In this document: positions 38,191-48,040 of the stretch, piece by piece
How the letters are laid out: each line of letters begins with the position of its first letter
Numbering within the stretch: the first letter of the stretch is position 1
Assembly (NCBI GenBank): GCA_963676395.1
Contig: OY781066.1
Coordinates: 224,001 to 288,000 of the forward strand
Length of the DNA stretch: 64,000 bases
Source: a bacterium
GTDB taxonomy: Bacteria; Fidelibacterota; Fidelibacteria; Fidelibacterales; Fidelibacteraceae
Direction: 5' to 3'
Program-made: the position numbers and the translations under genes
The notes under the pieces: model-generated
What the model saw: the letters and a program-made list of their open reading frames with translations, nothing else
What the model was told of the DNA's origin: nothing
The model's database searches: none

Positions 38191-39786
38191 TTAAATATCC
38201 CAAACATCTTTATAGTTGTGTTTCTTGTCACAGTATTTACAAATGAATGTATTATCTTCTGTTTTATAAAAGAAGGGGGTCGCACCTTCATGGTGACCAG
38301 GATGCGAAATACAATCCGGATTTTTACATGATATCTCATCAAAATCGTAGATCTTTGGTGGAAAATGTATTCTATACTTCTCTTTTACGACAGAATCCTT
38401 AATAATATTCAAAGTAGTTTCAGGTGCAATTGCTGAAAGTTTTTTCATTTTAACCAGATCAAATTGATCCATATCCGGTATAGATAAAACTCCTTTAAAT
38501 TGTCCGGTTTTATGAGATTTATATACACCATGTGATGATACAACATTCAGATCCAAAATCTTTCTTGCCTTATAGATATGCTCCCAAATCGTCGCTATAT
38601 CTTCACCCTTACCAATATGATCGATCACAATACCATTATCTACCGGTTTAGTGCCTATTTTAAATTCCTTTGCTACTGAATTAAATGTCTTAATTTCTTC
38701 AATATAGTCTTTTTTCACGATCCCAAGAATAGGGGATTCACCTTCAAAATCTTCACCTAGCCTGCCACCAAACATACCGACAAGCACAGCCCTGGTATAG
38801 TAACCATTCATTGCCTGAAGATCCCAGCCATTCAAGGGTGTTTTATCCAAAAAGAAGGGTATGGTTGGATACTCACGATTTCGCGGTAAGGGGTGATAGA
38901 ATTTTGATCCTTCATCCATTTTTTCTATCCATTCACGACGGAAGGTTACAGCCTTTGTCAGTCGCTCAGAATGTTGTTTAACGTCCTCCCCCATACGCTC
39001 CAATTGAAGTCGGGTAAAATACCAGATCTTTGCACGTTTTTCATCTTTCATGTATTCTTCGATGGATTCAAATTCACGAACTTTATATCCATTTGCGATC
39101 ATCTTATTCTTGTAATACATGGGCATACCTAATTCGCGGGGAGCAATCAGATCCACTTCAACTTCCTTGTAGATATTTAATCCATCGGCTTTTGAGTGAA
39201 CCGTACGACCATGAAAAAGGTCACCAACCAATGCAATATGAATATGATCACGATTAAAATCGTTTTGTTCAAGAAAGGTATACTCGTCAAGGATCTCTTG
39301 GGTAGGATGCTCATGCTTTCCATCGCCGCCATTGATAAAGGAAGGTTTTAATATTCCCATTCGTTCAGAGAACTGTCCCAAATCATAATCTAACCAGCGT
39401 GTTACACCCTCAAGTTTGGTACGAATAATGTAAACAGAGTATGGGCTATAGGTTGTAAGCATGCGAAAAGTATCTGCATAACTTTCTTTTTTACTAAAAG
39501 ATGAGGTTGTAGAATCAAAAATATTGGTCTTTACATTGTGAAACTTTACTGCATTTAAAAAGGATTCCTTTGTGCGTGTACTGGGTTCAACAAAAACCAA
39601 ATAAGTACCAACATTTTTAGTGTTAATACGAAAAGGATCGAGGTCACCATGATGTGCTTCTCGTTCCTTTAGTTCTTTGGTCTTGTTATACAGATACCAC
39701 TGCTCATCCTGAGACAAATCATTAATAACCGATAAAGACCGCCCCATAAATTTACCGTTCAATGATAAATCTTGATACTTTTTCAT
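38191..39786 (-). CDS. pyrBI: fused aspartate carbamoyltransferase catalytic + regulatory subunit (PyrBI)
   Basis: EPSTRT, HEHPTQ, GDLFHGRTVHS, TRLQLER, HPLP; C-terminal PyrI motifs NGIVIDHI, IAPETTLNII, Zn site CKNPDC...CKYC. Confidence 0.93.
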   Translation of the reverse strand: MKKYQDLSLNGKFMGRSLSVINDLSQDEQWYLYNKTKELKEREAHHGDLDPFRINTKNVGTYLVFVEPSTRTKESFLNAVKFHNVKTNIFDSTTSSFSKKESYADTFRMLTTYSPYSVYIIRTKLEGVTRWLDYDLGQFSERMGILKPSFINGGDGKHEHPTQEILDEYTFLEQNDFNRDHIHIALVGDLFHGRTVHSKADGLNIYKEVEVDLIAPRELGMPMYYKNKMIANGYKVREFESIEEYMKDEKRAKIWYFTRLQLERMGEDVKQHSERLTKAVTFRREWIEKMDEGSKFYHPLPRNREYPTIPFFLDKTPLNGWDLQAMNGYYTRAVLVGMFGGRLGEDFEGESPILGIVKKDYIEEIKTFNSVAKEFKIGTKPVDNGIVIDHIGKGEDIATIWEHIYKARKILDLNVVSSHGVYKSHKTGQFKGVLSIPDMDQFDLVKMKKLSAIAPETTLNIIKDSVVKEKYRIHFPPKIYDFDEISCKNPDCISHPGHHEGATPFFYKTEDNTFICKYCDKKHNYKDVWDI

Positions 39787-39939
39787 CTACTCAGACCTCC
39801 CCTGTTTTCTCCGTATTCCATACCGTTGATTTTTAGCAAATATAACGATTTGATAATGGGAATGGTATAAAATAAATGAAAAATCGAATTTATTCTGAAA
39901 AGCAGGAATTAAATTGCAAAATTGAATTATGGATAAAGT

Positions 39940-40250
39940 TGTGAGTTGTAAGGGGTGAGTGGTGAGTAGATCTGTCAGTTGGTGCTGACTTTGGAGGCCT
40001 GCTGACAGGTCGAAGAATATCATTTTGAATCTCAATAGAGCCCGTGAAGAATCTATTTCTTTAATAACCCCGGCGAACTTGTCGGACGAAGCTCAAAGAG
40101 CGAAATCTGATGGAGGGGTTGAACAAAGTAAAAACCCGGGAACATAAACGTCTAAATAATAAAGACCCCATCGGGGTCTAAGAAGAATATCCCCGGGTAG
40201 GACCCGGGGTTAAGCGCTATTCTCTACTCTTACAACCCTGAAGGGGTTAA
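39940..40250. repeat. mosaic of short repeats and REP-like palindromes
   Basis: Heptamers tgtgagt/ggtgagt; ctgtcag/ctgacag inverted repeat; aacccc...ggggtt, agacccc-atc-ggggtct, ccccggg-tagga-cccgggg, aaccct-gaa-ggggtt. Confidence 0.75.
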
Positions 40251-40280
40251 ATAAATGCTAAATGAATTTGATAATAAACC

Positions 40281-41303
40281 CTATTTCGTTTGACAATATC
40301 TGTAGATCATAATGCCATTACTTGTTCCAATCCACATATCACCACTGGGAGCCATCTTCATTACACGACAAAAGCCGACATTATCAGAATTATTTATTAC
40401 CCATCTTTGATTCATATCGAATATACCCAAACGAGGAATAAAGCCAGTAAACCAAATATTATCATTACCATCAATACTTAATTCACTGGTCATATGATTT
40501 CCGCCAAAACCAATAGCTTTATTTGTGCCATTAAATTTATATATAGATGGCTGTTCATTATAGGCAATGCTACTTAAAGTATAATCATCATTAAACCAGA
40601 GATTATTTTCACTATCGAATTCTATATCTGAAATATTATAAGGTGTATATCCTATATCAGAGGAATCAAAAGCTGTCCATTCTGAACCGTCATATTTCAG
40701 AAAAACAGGATTTCCACGATGAAATGCAAACCATACATCACCATTTTTATCAACTTCGATATCTTCAATAGAGCTACATTGACCAATATCTATTCCATTA
40801 GGATCATGAGAAGTAAACTCATCCCCATCAAAACTATATATTTTTTGTGTCAAACAATTTACTGTTGGATTAGAACCAATAAACCAAATCACATCTTCAT
40901 GATCAATTGCCAATAGTTTATCAAAGGCGTGAGGAATGTAATAATTATTGTCTATTGAATCATAACGAGTAAAATTATCTCCATCATAAGAGATCAAACC
41001 ATCGGCATTAAGCATCCACACATTACCTTGACTATCGACCTCCAAATCCCAAACATTGGCAGAATCTACTAAACATGAATTCGTATGATCAAATATTTCC
41101 ATGCTCCGATCGGGATTAAGCTTTACTAATCCATATTGATCATAAATAATTCCTACCCAAGCCGTACCGTTATTTTCTATCGCCAGCGAAACAATAAATT
41201 GATTATCCAAGGCAGTATCTACTAAGGTGATGCTACCGGAAGAGGGGTTTATTATGCATGATACGGAAAGAAAAATAAAAGAAAATAAAATAAGCTTTTT
41301 CAT
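40281..41303 (-). CDS. lipoprotein with two-component-regulator-propeller-like (Reg_prop) beta-propeller
   Basis: Lipobox LSVSC; repeats (V/I).DLEVDSQGNVW, DIEVDKNGDVWF, DIEFDSENNLWF, APSGDMWIGT. Confidence 0.75.
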   Translation of the reverse strand: MKKLILFSFIFLSVSCIINPSSGSITLVDTALDNQFIVSLAIENNGTAWVGIIYDQYGLVKLNPDRSMEIFDHTNSCLVDSANVWDLEVDSQGNVWMLNADGLISYDGDNFTRYDSIDNNYYIPHAFDKLLAIDHEDVIWFIGSNPTVNCLTQKIYSFDGDEFTSHDPNGIDIGQCSSIEDIEVDKNGDVWFAFHRGNPVFLKYDGSEWTAFDSSDIGYTPYNISDIEFDSENNLWFNDDYTLSSIAYNEQPSIYKFNGTNKAIGFGGNHMTSELSIDGNDNIWFTGFIPRLGIFDMNQRWVINNSDNVGFCRVMKMAPSGDMWIGTSNGIMIYRYCQTK

Positions 41304-41304
41304 T

Positions 41305-42291
41305 TTAATCCCCTATTCGATAGATATAAACTCCATGATCACTGCTTACCCAAATATCCCCTGTTGGAGATCCATGAACACTGTATGGAATATATAAAAC
41401 TGTTTTTTCCAATAGACCCTCTTCAGTTTCGATCTTGAGCTTGTTCTGATATGTACTCCAAAAATATCCGTCATCATCCATATATGCCTTTGGTAATGTA
41501 GAATGATCGTTTTCTATGACTTCAAAGCGTTCACCGTCATACTTGAACCAAAGCGGTCCATCTTCATTTATCATTGAACTTGAAAGGGCATAACTTATTG
41601 AAGCGATCAATTCATTATCGGGATTTACCCAAATATTTTGAATAAAATATGGATTGAAACCGATATCGACAGTATCATAAACCGTCCACTCACTTTGATC
41701 GTATTCATACAGACACGTATCATACAGCGTATAGATCGAAGAACACCAGATATGATCGTTCATATCAATAGCCATATCACCCATATTCCTTATAACACCG
41801 GTGTGTTCCGGAATGTGCATAGAAATAGTACCCTGATCATAACATCCCAATCCACTGTTTGTACGACCTGCGCTTACAGAAAACCACACCTTATCCTGTG
41901 AATCGATCTCAATGCAATTTACATAATTCCCTGTCATTGGTGAATTGCTGGAATCGTAACGTACAAACCCGTCATCGTAACAGACCAAGCCGTCATTGCC
42001 AATCCATAATCTATCTTGTCCATCCACAACCATATCTCTAATAGAAAAAAGATCTTCATTGATGATAGAGTTCGTATGATCAAACAATTCCCAACTTCCG
42101 TCTGTTTCATATCTGATCACACCTACATCGTGCACCAACAACCAGGCAGTTCCATCACTTTCAAATACGATATTTCTTACTGCATAATTATTAAAGATCC
42201 TATCAACAAATTGTATTTTCGCATCGGAAGTGCTGTTCATACAAGACGTGAATAGTGCTACAATCACAAGTAGAAGCATAATTTTCTTCAT
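41305..42291 (-). CDS. lipoprotein with Reg_prop-like beta-propeller; paralog of the adjacent gene
   Basis: Lipobox LFTSC; shared FDHTNS, RYDS, DIG..PY.I, Y.LSS, P.GD.W.....G..IYR with 40281..41303. Confidence 0.75.
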   Translation of the reverse strand: MKKIMLLLVIVALFTSCMNSTSDAKIQFVDRIFNNYAVRNIVFESDGTAWLLVHDVGVIRYETDGSWELFDHTNSIINEDLFSIRDMVVDGQDRLWIGNDGLVCYDDGFVRYDSSNSPMTGNYVNCIEIDSQDKVWFSVSAGRTNSGLGCYDQGTISMHIPEHTGVIRNMGDMAIDMNDHIWCSSIYTLYDTCLYEYDQSEWTVYDTVDIGFNPYFIQNIWVNPDNELIASISYALSSSMINEDGPLWFKYDGERFEVIENDHSTLPKAYMDDDGYFWSTYQNKLKIETEEGLLEKTVLYIPYSVHGSPTGDIWVSSDHGVYIYRIGD

Positions 42292-42372
42292 TTTATCACC
42301 CATGTTTATTTTTATAAATCTTCAAACAATTAAAGTTAATTAATGTTCCCTGTTTTATCAATGTGAAACAAT

Positions 42373-42438
42373 TGATAGCTGATAGCTGATAGCTGATAGC
42401 TGATAGCTGATAGCTGATAGCTGATAGCTGATAGCTGA
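42373..42438. repeat. perfect heptamer tandem repeat (TGATAGC)x9 + TGA
   Basis: Counted directly; lies in the divergent intergenic region between the propeller lipoprotein and folE. Confidence 0.98.
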
Positions 42439-42505
42439 ACGCTATAATTATCTTTGGAATATCACAATGTAAATGTAAATTTATGGTCGAATTGAAAGGA
42501 AGAAC

Positions 42506-43069
42506 ATGAACCACGATAAAGTACAGCATCTCATACATGAATTGTTAACGGAACTGGGCGAAGATCCCTCACGCGAAGGTTTGATCAAAACACCTAAACG
42601 CGTTGCAAAGGCTTGGGAATATATGACTCAGGGTTATACAAAAGATATAAATGAAGTCATAAATGCTGCGATATTTCATGAACATGCCGAAGGTATGGTC
42701 ATTGTGCGCGACATTGAGTTCTACAGCATGTGCGAACATCATCTTTTACCATTTTTTGGAGTCGCACATATTGGCTATATCCCTAATGACAAGCTCGTTG
42801 GCCTTTCGAAATTACCCCGCATCGTAGATGTATTTGCCAGACGTTTACAATTACAAGAACGCCTTACGCAACAAATTGCCGATACACTTTACAATATTTT
42901 GGAACCAAAAGGATTGGGAGTTGTGATCGAGGCTCGTCATATGTGCATGCAAATGCGTGGAGTTGAAAAGACAAAATCACTTACGACAACATCTGCTGTT
43001 CTTGGTGAATTTCATGATGAAGCTGAAACAAGAGCAGAATTCTTGAAGATGATCTCTAAAGTGGTTTAA
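42506..43069 (+). CDS. folE: GTP cyclohydrolase I
   Basis: [48 protein letters not shown]. Confidence 0.97.
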   Translation: MNHDKVQHLIHELLTELGEDPSREGLIKTPKRVAKAWEYMTQGYTKDINEVINAAIFHEHAEGMVIVRDIEFYSMCEHHLLPFFGVAHIGYIPNDKLVGLSKLPRIVDVFARRLQLQERLTQQIADTLYNILEPKGLGVVIEARHMCMQMRGVEKTKSLTTTSAVLGEFHDEAETRAEFLKMISKVV

Positions 43070-43108
43070 TCTACAGCAATATTCTTAAAGAATATACTAA
43101 ATAAAAAT

Positions 43109-43137
43109 TAAGGGTTGGACATATCCAACCCTTATTT
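43109..43137. terminator. intrinsic terminator between convergent genes
   Basis: taagggttgga-cata-tccaaccctta. Confidence 0.75.
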
Positions 43138-43162
43138 ATATACTTTTAATTTTGTCTTTTTT

Positions 43163-45343
43163 TTAGGCCATCTCTCTATCAAAATTAAAGGTCGATACCG
43201 CATGTTCACCCGGGCGAGCATGCGTTAAATCGGTAAATGTAGATACCTTTGGCAACTCATCATCAGGTAAGGCAAACACCGTAGCAGAATATAATGATGA
43301 AAGAGGATAACCGGATTCTACAAAGAAGCCTGCACCACGTGCATCGGTAATCTCACCTTCAATGGGTAATTTGGCACGTGTTTGTAAAATGGGGGGACGA
43401 CCGTAACGATAGATCTCAATACTATCCGGCATGAGACTCGCAAGATTCAGCAATACCTCTTTTCCCAACTCTACCCACAATTGGATTCGATTGCAACCCA
43501 TATCCTTTAATTCTTCTATGGCTAAATGATTACACACCGGCAGAGGGATACCTGTGTTAATCTCAATATCATCGTAGTATTTTAATAGTTCGAATTGAAA
43601 TATAGATGTCACTCTAAAATGCCTGACTCCAACTTCATAATATTTTCTGATCTGTTCAGATAACTCCGGTAGATCTTTTTCGGGACAAAACAGAGGCAGG
43701 ATATACTCCTCCCCTTTTTTTACCTTTGTAGTTCTGGCAATTCGATCTATACTGATAGAATATGGAAGATCATTGACCTCTAAAGCCTGAGTAGATACCA
43801 CCGGCTTTTGAGCTACTTCAAGCTGCGGAAATTCATATTTAATTTCCTTGACCGCTGTATAATTCTCAGCCAACCAGATCATAAACGCTTGTCGAATTTT
43901 TCTTATATCGCGTTGCGAAATAAAATAGTTACCATCAATTTCAACATTAACATTTCTGATACCGATCTCAGGTTTTAATGCTTTTTTAAATTCAGTTTCA
44001 AAAACAGAAGCTTCTACCGGATGTTTTTGTGCCTGTGGAATATCAACCTTCATTGCCCAAGTTTTCATATTAGGATGGTCACAAACACGTACCGTGATCA
44101 GTTTTGAGTTCACCGTCATCACAAGATCTAAATTGCATTTTAATACAGGAAGCTGATCTATCAGTTTGCCATATTCTTTTGCAGATACACCTGTTTTATA
44201 AACCAAACCGTCTTTAGGTATTTCTTTATCACAATGAATAAATCCTCTATCACGATTACCCAACCTCGTAGCGGCTTTCCCATTTTTACTAATTTTAGTT
44301 ACAGTAATAGCGGGACCTTCCATACCACTTTTAGGCTGAACGCGGATCTTATCACCGAGTTTTAATACTTGAGTGGTTTCTATATCGAAACCATTTTTTT
44401 TCAACGAGATCACTCGACCGATCTGCTTCCCTGAAACACCCATCCGTTCAGATTCAATCACTTCATCAAATTTATCTTTATCGTAAAATCCACTTGACCA
44501 TTTTCTTCCCAACGAACCGCTTAATACCGCCTTTGCTTCAGGAAGGATCTTATCGTATTCATCATCTTCGGCATCCAACATCATACGATATGCTTTAACG
44601 GTAGCGGCGACATAATCAGATTTTCTTAAACGACCTTCGATCTTTAACGATACCACACCCGCTTTTTTTAATTTAGGAATATCTTCGAGTGTATAGAGAT
44701 CCTGAGTGGAAAAGAAAAAACCATTGCCTTCTTTGGAAAAATATCGTCTCCGACAAGGTTGCTTGCATTTTCCGCGGTTCCCACTGTGTCCCCCCATCCA
44801 GGATGAAAACAAACATACTCCCGATAACGAGCAACAAAGGGCACCGTGAATAAATACTTCCAATTCAAGATCAGAATTATCATTAATTGATTTTATTTCA
44901 TCAAGCGTTACCTGACGCTCAAGAATAACTCTTTCTATGCCTAACTCTTTTGCAACTTGAACCCCGGCAGAATTATGAATACCCATTTGTGTGGAGGCAT
45001 GGATAGGGATGTGCGGAAAATATTCCCTGAGTATCTTGACCACACCAAGATCCTGTGTAATAATGGCATCAGGCAAAAGTCTTGTAACATTGCACAAAGT
45101 ATCTAATGCCTCTTTGATCTCATTTTCTTTTAGTAGAGTATTAAAAGTAAGATAAACTTTTTTACCATTCTTATTTGCATAAGCCATCAGTTTGGCAAAT
45201 TGCTCATCTTTAAAATTTTCTGTTCTTTCGCGGGCATTGAATTTACTTAAGCCAGCGTAAACGGCATCAGCGCCGTTTTCAAATGCTGTAATAGCTGATT
45301 CCAGATTGCCTGCAGGTGCCAATAATTCGGGTATTTTTTTCAT
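43163..45343 (-). CDS. U32-family protein, long RlhA-like form (RNA hydroxylation / Fe-S)
   Basis: PELLAPAG, GADAVY.G, HASTQM, HGALCCSLSGVC...NRGKCKQPCRR, SLKIEGR. Confidence 0.85.
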   Translation of the reverse strand: MKKIPELLAPAGNLESAITAFENGADAVYAGLSKFNARERTENFKDEQFAKLMAYANKNGKKVYLTFNTLLKENEIKEALDTLCNVTRLLPDAIITQDLGVVKILREYFPHIPIHASTQMGIHNSAGVQVAKELGIERVILERQVTLDEIKSINDNSDLELEVFIHGALCCSLSGVCLFSSWMGGHSGNRGKCKQPCRRRYFSKEGNGFFFSTQDLYTLEDIPKLKKAGVVSLKIEGRLRKSDYVAATVKAYRMMLDAEDDEYDKILPEAKAVLSGSLGRKWSSGFYDKDKFDEVIESERMGVSGKQIGRVISLKKNGFDIETTQVLKLGDKIRVQPKSGMEGPAITVTKISKNGKAATRLGNRDRGFIHCDKEIPKDGLVYKTGVSAKEYGKLIDQLPVLKCNLDLVMTVNSKLITVRVCDHPNMKTWAMKVDIPQAQKHPVEASVFETEFKKALKPEIGIRNVNVEIDGNYFISQRDIRKIRQAFMIWLAENYTAVKEIKYEFPQLEVAQKPVVSTQALEVNDLPYSISIDRIARTTKVKKGEEYILPLFCPEKDLPELSEQIRKYYEVGVRHFRVTSIFQFELLKYYDDIEINTGIPLPVCNHLAIEELKDMGCNRIQLWVELGKEVLLNLASLMPDSIEIYRYGRPPILQTRAKLPIEGEITDARGAGFFVESGYPLSSLYSATVFALPDDELPKVSTFTDLTHARPGEHAVSTFNFDREMA

Positions 45344-45465
45344 AAAGGAATTTACTAATAAAAGAGTAAATATTAAAGATAAAAGATTGCTCAAGGCCTC
45401 TAAACTGAGAACAAAGATATAATAGCTGTTGTTCTACTCACTACTTTCTACTTACTGATTATTTC

Positions 45466-46632
45466 TTACTGTAATTCATCTACAGCATTCTTTAGTTGCC
45501 TTAAAGCTTTTTTCAGTACTTTTCGTCCGGTGCCAATATTCATGCGCATAAAACCAACACCATTCGCACCAAACATTTCGCCATCATTTAGACCCAATTT
45601 AGCTTTTTTAACGAAAAATTCATTTAATTCTTTTTGATCCATTCCCAATTCACGGCAATCCATCCATAGCAAAAATGTACTTTGGGGTTTAAGTATCTTG
45701 ATCTTAGGAATATTTTTAGAAACATAGTCGATCACAAAATCAATATTTTCTTCTAGGAATTTTTTAGTTTTCTCATACCATACGCGACTTTTTTTGTAAG
45801 AGGCGATCAAAGCAGCATCACCAAGAATGTTTCCACCGCAAATATGCAAACTCTCGGTGATATATCTAAATTTTTCTCGAAGTTCTTTGTTTTTAATAAT
45901 GATTTCTGATGTTGCAAATCCGGCAATATTAAATGTTTTGCTCGGGGCCATACATGTAACAGTGATTTGAGATAATTCTTCAGAAATACTGGCAATAGGC
46001 ACATGCTTATTAGGTGCATATACATAATCGGCATGTATTTCATCCGATACAATAGTAATATTGTTTTCCAGACAGATTTCCCCCAATTCCAAAAGTTCTT
46101 CTTTAGTAAAAACCCTTCCGACAGGGTTATGGGGGTTACAAAGAATAATCATTTTTGTTTTTTTGGTGATCTTCTTCTTCAAATCATCAAAATCCATAGT
46201 ATAATGACCGCTTTCCTCTTTCAATTCATTTTTAATAAGAATGCGATCATGATTTTCTACGGCAGAAAAGAAAGGAAAATAAACCGGAGTTTGAACAATA
46301 ACTTCATCACCTATTTCCGTCATACTCATTACCGCAATATTAATAGCAGGAACAATACCGGGTGAGCAAGTGATCCATTCTTTATCAATATCCCAGGAAA
46401 ACTGATCTTTTACCCATTTGATTATACTATTATAAAAACATTCATTATGCATTGAGTATCCATAAATAGGATGACTGATTCTTTTGTGTAAAGCTTTTAT
46501 TACTGGACGAGGAGCAGATATATCCATATCCGCTACCCATAAGGGTATTACATCATTTGTTCCAAATATTTTTTCCAGAGCGTCATACTTCACGCAATCC
46601 GTATTATAACGGTTAAACGATCTCTTTAACAT
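45466..46632 (-). CDS. MalY/PatB-family PLP C-S lyase (cystathionine beta-lyase-like)
   Basis: PLWVADMD, LCNPHNPVGRV, SDEIHAD, APSKTFNIAG, F.RMNIG. Confidence 0.92.
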   Translation of the reverse strand: MLKRSFNRYNTDCVKYDALEKIFGTNDVIPLWVADMDISAPRPVIKALHKRISHPIYGYSMHNECFYNSIIKWVKDQFSWDIDKEWITCSPGIVPAINIAVMSMTEIGDEVIVQTPVYFPFFSAVENHDRILIKNELKEESGHYTMDFDDLKKKITKKTKMIILCNPHNPVGRVFTKEELLELGEICLENNITIVSDEIHADYVYAPNKHVPIASISEELSQITVTCMAPSKTFNIAGFATSEIIIKNKELREKFRYITESLHICGGNILGDAALIASYKKSRVWYEKTKKFLEENIDFVIDYVSKNIPKIKILKPQSTFLLWMDCRELGMDQKELNEFFVKKAKLGLNDGEMFGANGVGFMRMNIGTGRKVLKKALRQLKNAVDELQ

Positions 46633-46750
46633 ACTATTCCTTCTCATCAATAAAATTTAAGTATAAATATAATTAAATTTTTGCATGAAGGAACGATTTT
46701 TCATTCTCATTTTCACTTTTATTTAACACCATGATGTAATAAATTCCGCC

Positions 46751-47698
46751 ATGATGAAAAAGAATATAGATCAATTAAAAAAGAAGCATATTTGCGTGAT
46801 TGGTGATGTCATGCTGGATGTCTTCTCCTCAGGAAAAGTCGAAAGAAAATCACCCGAAGCACCCGTGGATATTCTTGACATACAAAAAAGTGAAGACCGA
46901 CCCGGCGGAGCTTTAAATGTTTGTATGAATCTTCAATCTTTAGGAGTTCAAACCGAGATCATTGGTGTGCTTGGAGATGATTTTGAGGCATTCCGCTTAG
47001 AATATCTCTGCGATAAACACAATATTAAACGCATGGGACTCTACCGCAAAAAAGGACGCGTTAGTACCAGTAAAACCCGCTTCTTTAATGGTGATAAGCA
47101 ATTAATTCGTATTGATCATGAATTGCGAACAGATATAAGCAAAGAAACTGAAGATGAATTGCTTGTTGAAATTCGCAGAGCGATCAAAGGCAGTGATATC
47201 ATTATTTTACAAGACTATAACAAAGGGGTATTGACTGAACGCCTAATCTCTGAAATCATGTACATGGCAAAGAAAGCTAAAGTACCCGTTTTTGTAGATC
47301 CTAAAATTGATCATATGGATTCATATAATGGTGCAACGTTAATTAAGCCTAATCGACTTGAAGCTGAGGCCCAATTGGGTTACGAATTAAATGAATTGGA
47401 AACAGCAAAAGCCGGAGCGAAAATTTTATTGGAACGCTTGAAATGTAAAAACATACTATTAACACTTGGTGAAAATGGTATGATCTTATATAATGACGAA
47501 CAGCTTCTACATATTCCCGCAAAAACTCTGGATGTAGCGGATATAACCGGAGCCGGTGATACGGTTATTTCAGTGATGGCGGCCTTATATTCAACTGACT
47601 TGCCAATTGAAAGCTGTGCACAGTATGCCAATCAAGCAGCTGCCGAAACCTGCAAGGAACAAGGGGTTATCCCTGCAACATTAAAAATGTTGTATTAA
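46751..47698 (+). CDS. rfaE1: D-glycero-beta-D-manno-heptose-7-phosphate kinase (RfaE domain I / HldA)
   Basis: VIGDVMLD, SPEAPV, PGGA.NV, QDYNKG, FVDPK, DITGAGDT. Confidence 0.9.
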   Translation: MMKKNIDQLKKKHICVIGDVMLDVFSSGKVERKSPEAPVDILDIQKSEDRPGGALNVCMNLQSLGVQTEIIGVLGDDFEAFRLEYLCDKHNIKRMGLYRKKGRVSTSKTRFFNGDKQLIRIDHELRTDISKETEDELLVEIRRAIKGSDIIILQDYNKGVLTERLISEIMYMAKKAKVPVFVDPKIDHMDSYNGATLIKPNRLEAEAQLGYELNELETAKAGAKILLERLKCKNILLTLGENGMILYNDEQLLHIPAKTLDVADITGAGDTVISVMAALYSTDLPIESCAQYANQAAAETCKEQGVIPATLKMLY

Positions 47699-47793
47699 AA
47701 GCTCAATGAAGTCAAATAATTAACATAGATTATTATACTTTTATCATTGAATATGATTAATTTCAAGTTAATTACCCTTCATTAAAAAAAGTA

Positions 47794-47823
47794 TTGCAGT
47801 TTGAACTTCTTTTCCATTATATT
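47794..47823 (+). promoter_or_regulatory. putative promoter of the tRNA cluster
   Basis: TTGCAG-18 bp-TATATT, with an upstream A tract. Confidence 0.55.
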
Positions 47824-47837
47824 TACGGGCTTTATAT

Positions 47838-47911
47838 GGTGGATGTAGCTCAGTAGGTAGAGCGCTTGGTTGTGGCCCAAGTGGTCGTGGGTTCAAGTCC
47901 CATCATTCACC
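47838..47911 (+). tRNA. tRNA-His (anticodon GTG)
   Basis: G-1 plus GTGGATG/CATTCAC acceptor, C discriminator, CTTGG-TTGTGGC-CCAAG anticodon arm, GTTCAAG. Confidence 0.96.
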
Positions 47912-47962
47912 CTTTCGGGGCTCAATGCCCCGCTTTCAATTGACATCGAATTGTACATTCAT

Positions 47963-48037
47963 CGGGGCGTGGCGCAGCCCGGTTAGCGCGCCTGCTTTGG
48001 GAGCAGGAAGTCGGAAGTTCGAATCTTCTCGCCCCGA
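47963..48037 (+). tRNA. tRNA-Pro (anticodon TGG)
   Basis: CGGGGCG/CGCCCCG acceptor, CCTGC-TTTGGGA-GCAGG anticodon arm, GTTCGAA. Confidence 0.97.
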
Positions 48038-48040
48038 CAG

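Noticed and set aside
39787..40035. 82-aa ORF or PyrR-type attenuator upstream of pyrBI
   Set aside because: The ORF is a translation of repeat and promoter DNA; no AGUCCAGAGAG-like PyrR loop or terminator/antiterminator pair was seen.
42296..42538. 80-aa ORF containing SYQLSAI repeats
   Set aside because: Just the translation of the TGATAGC array; overlaps folE in antisense.
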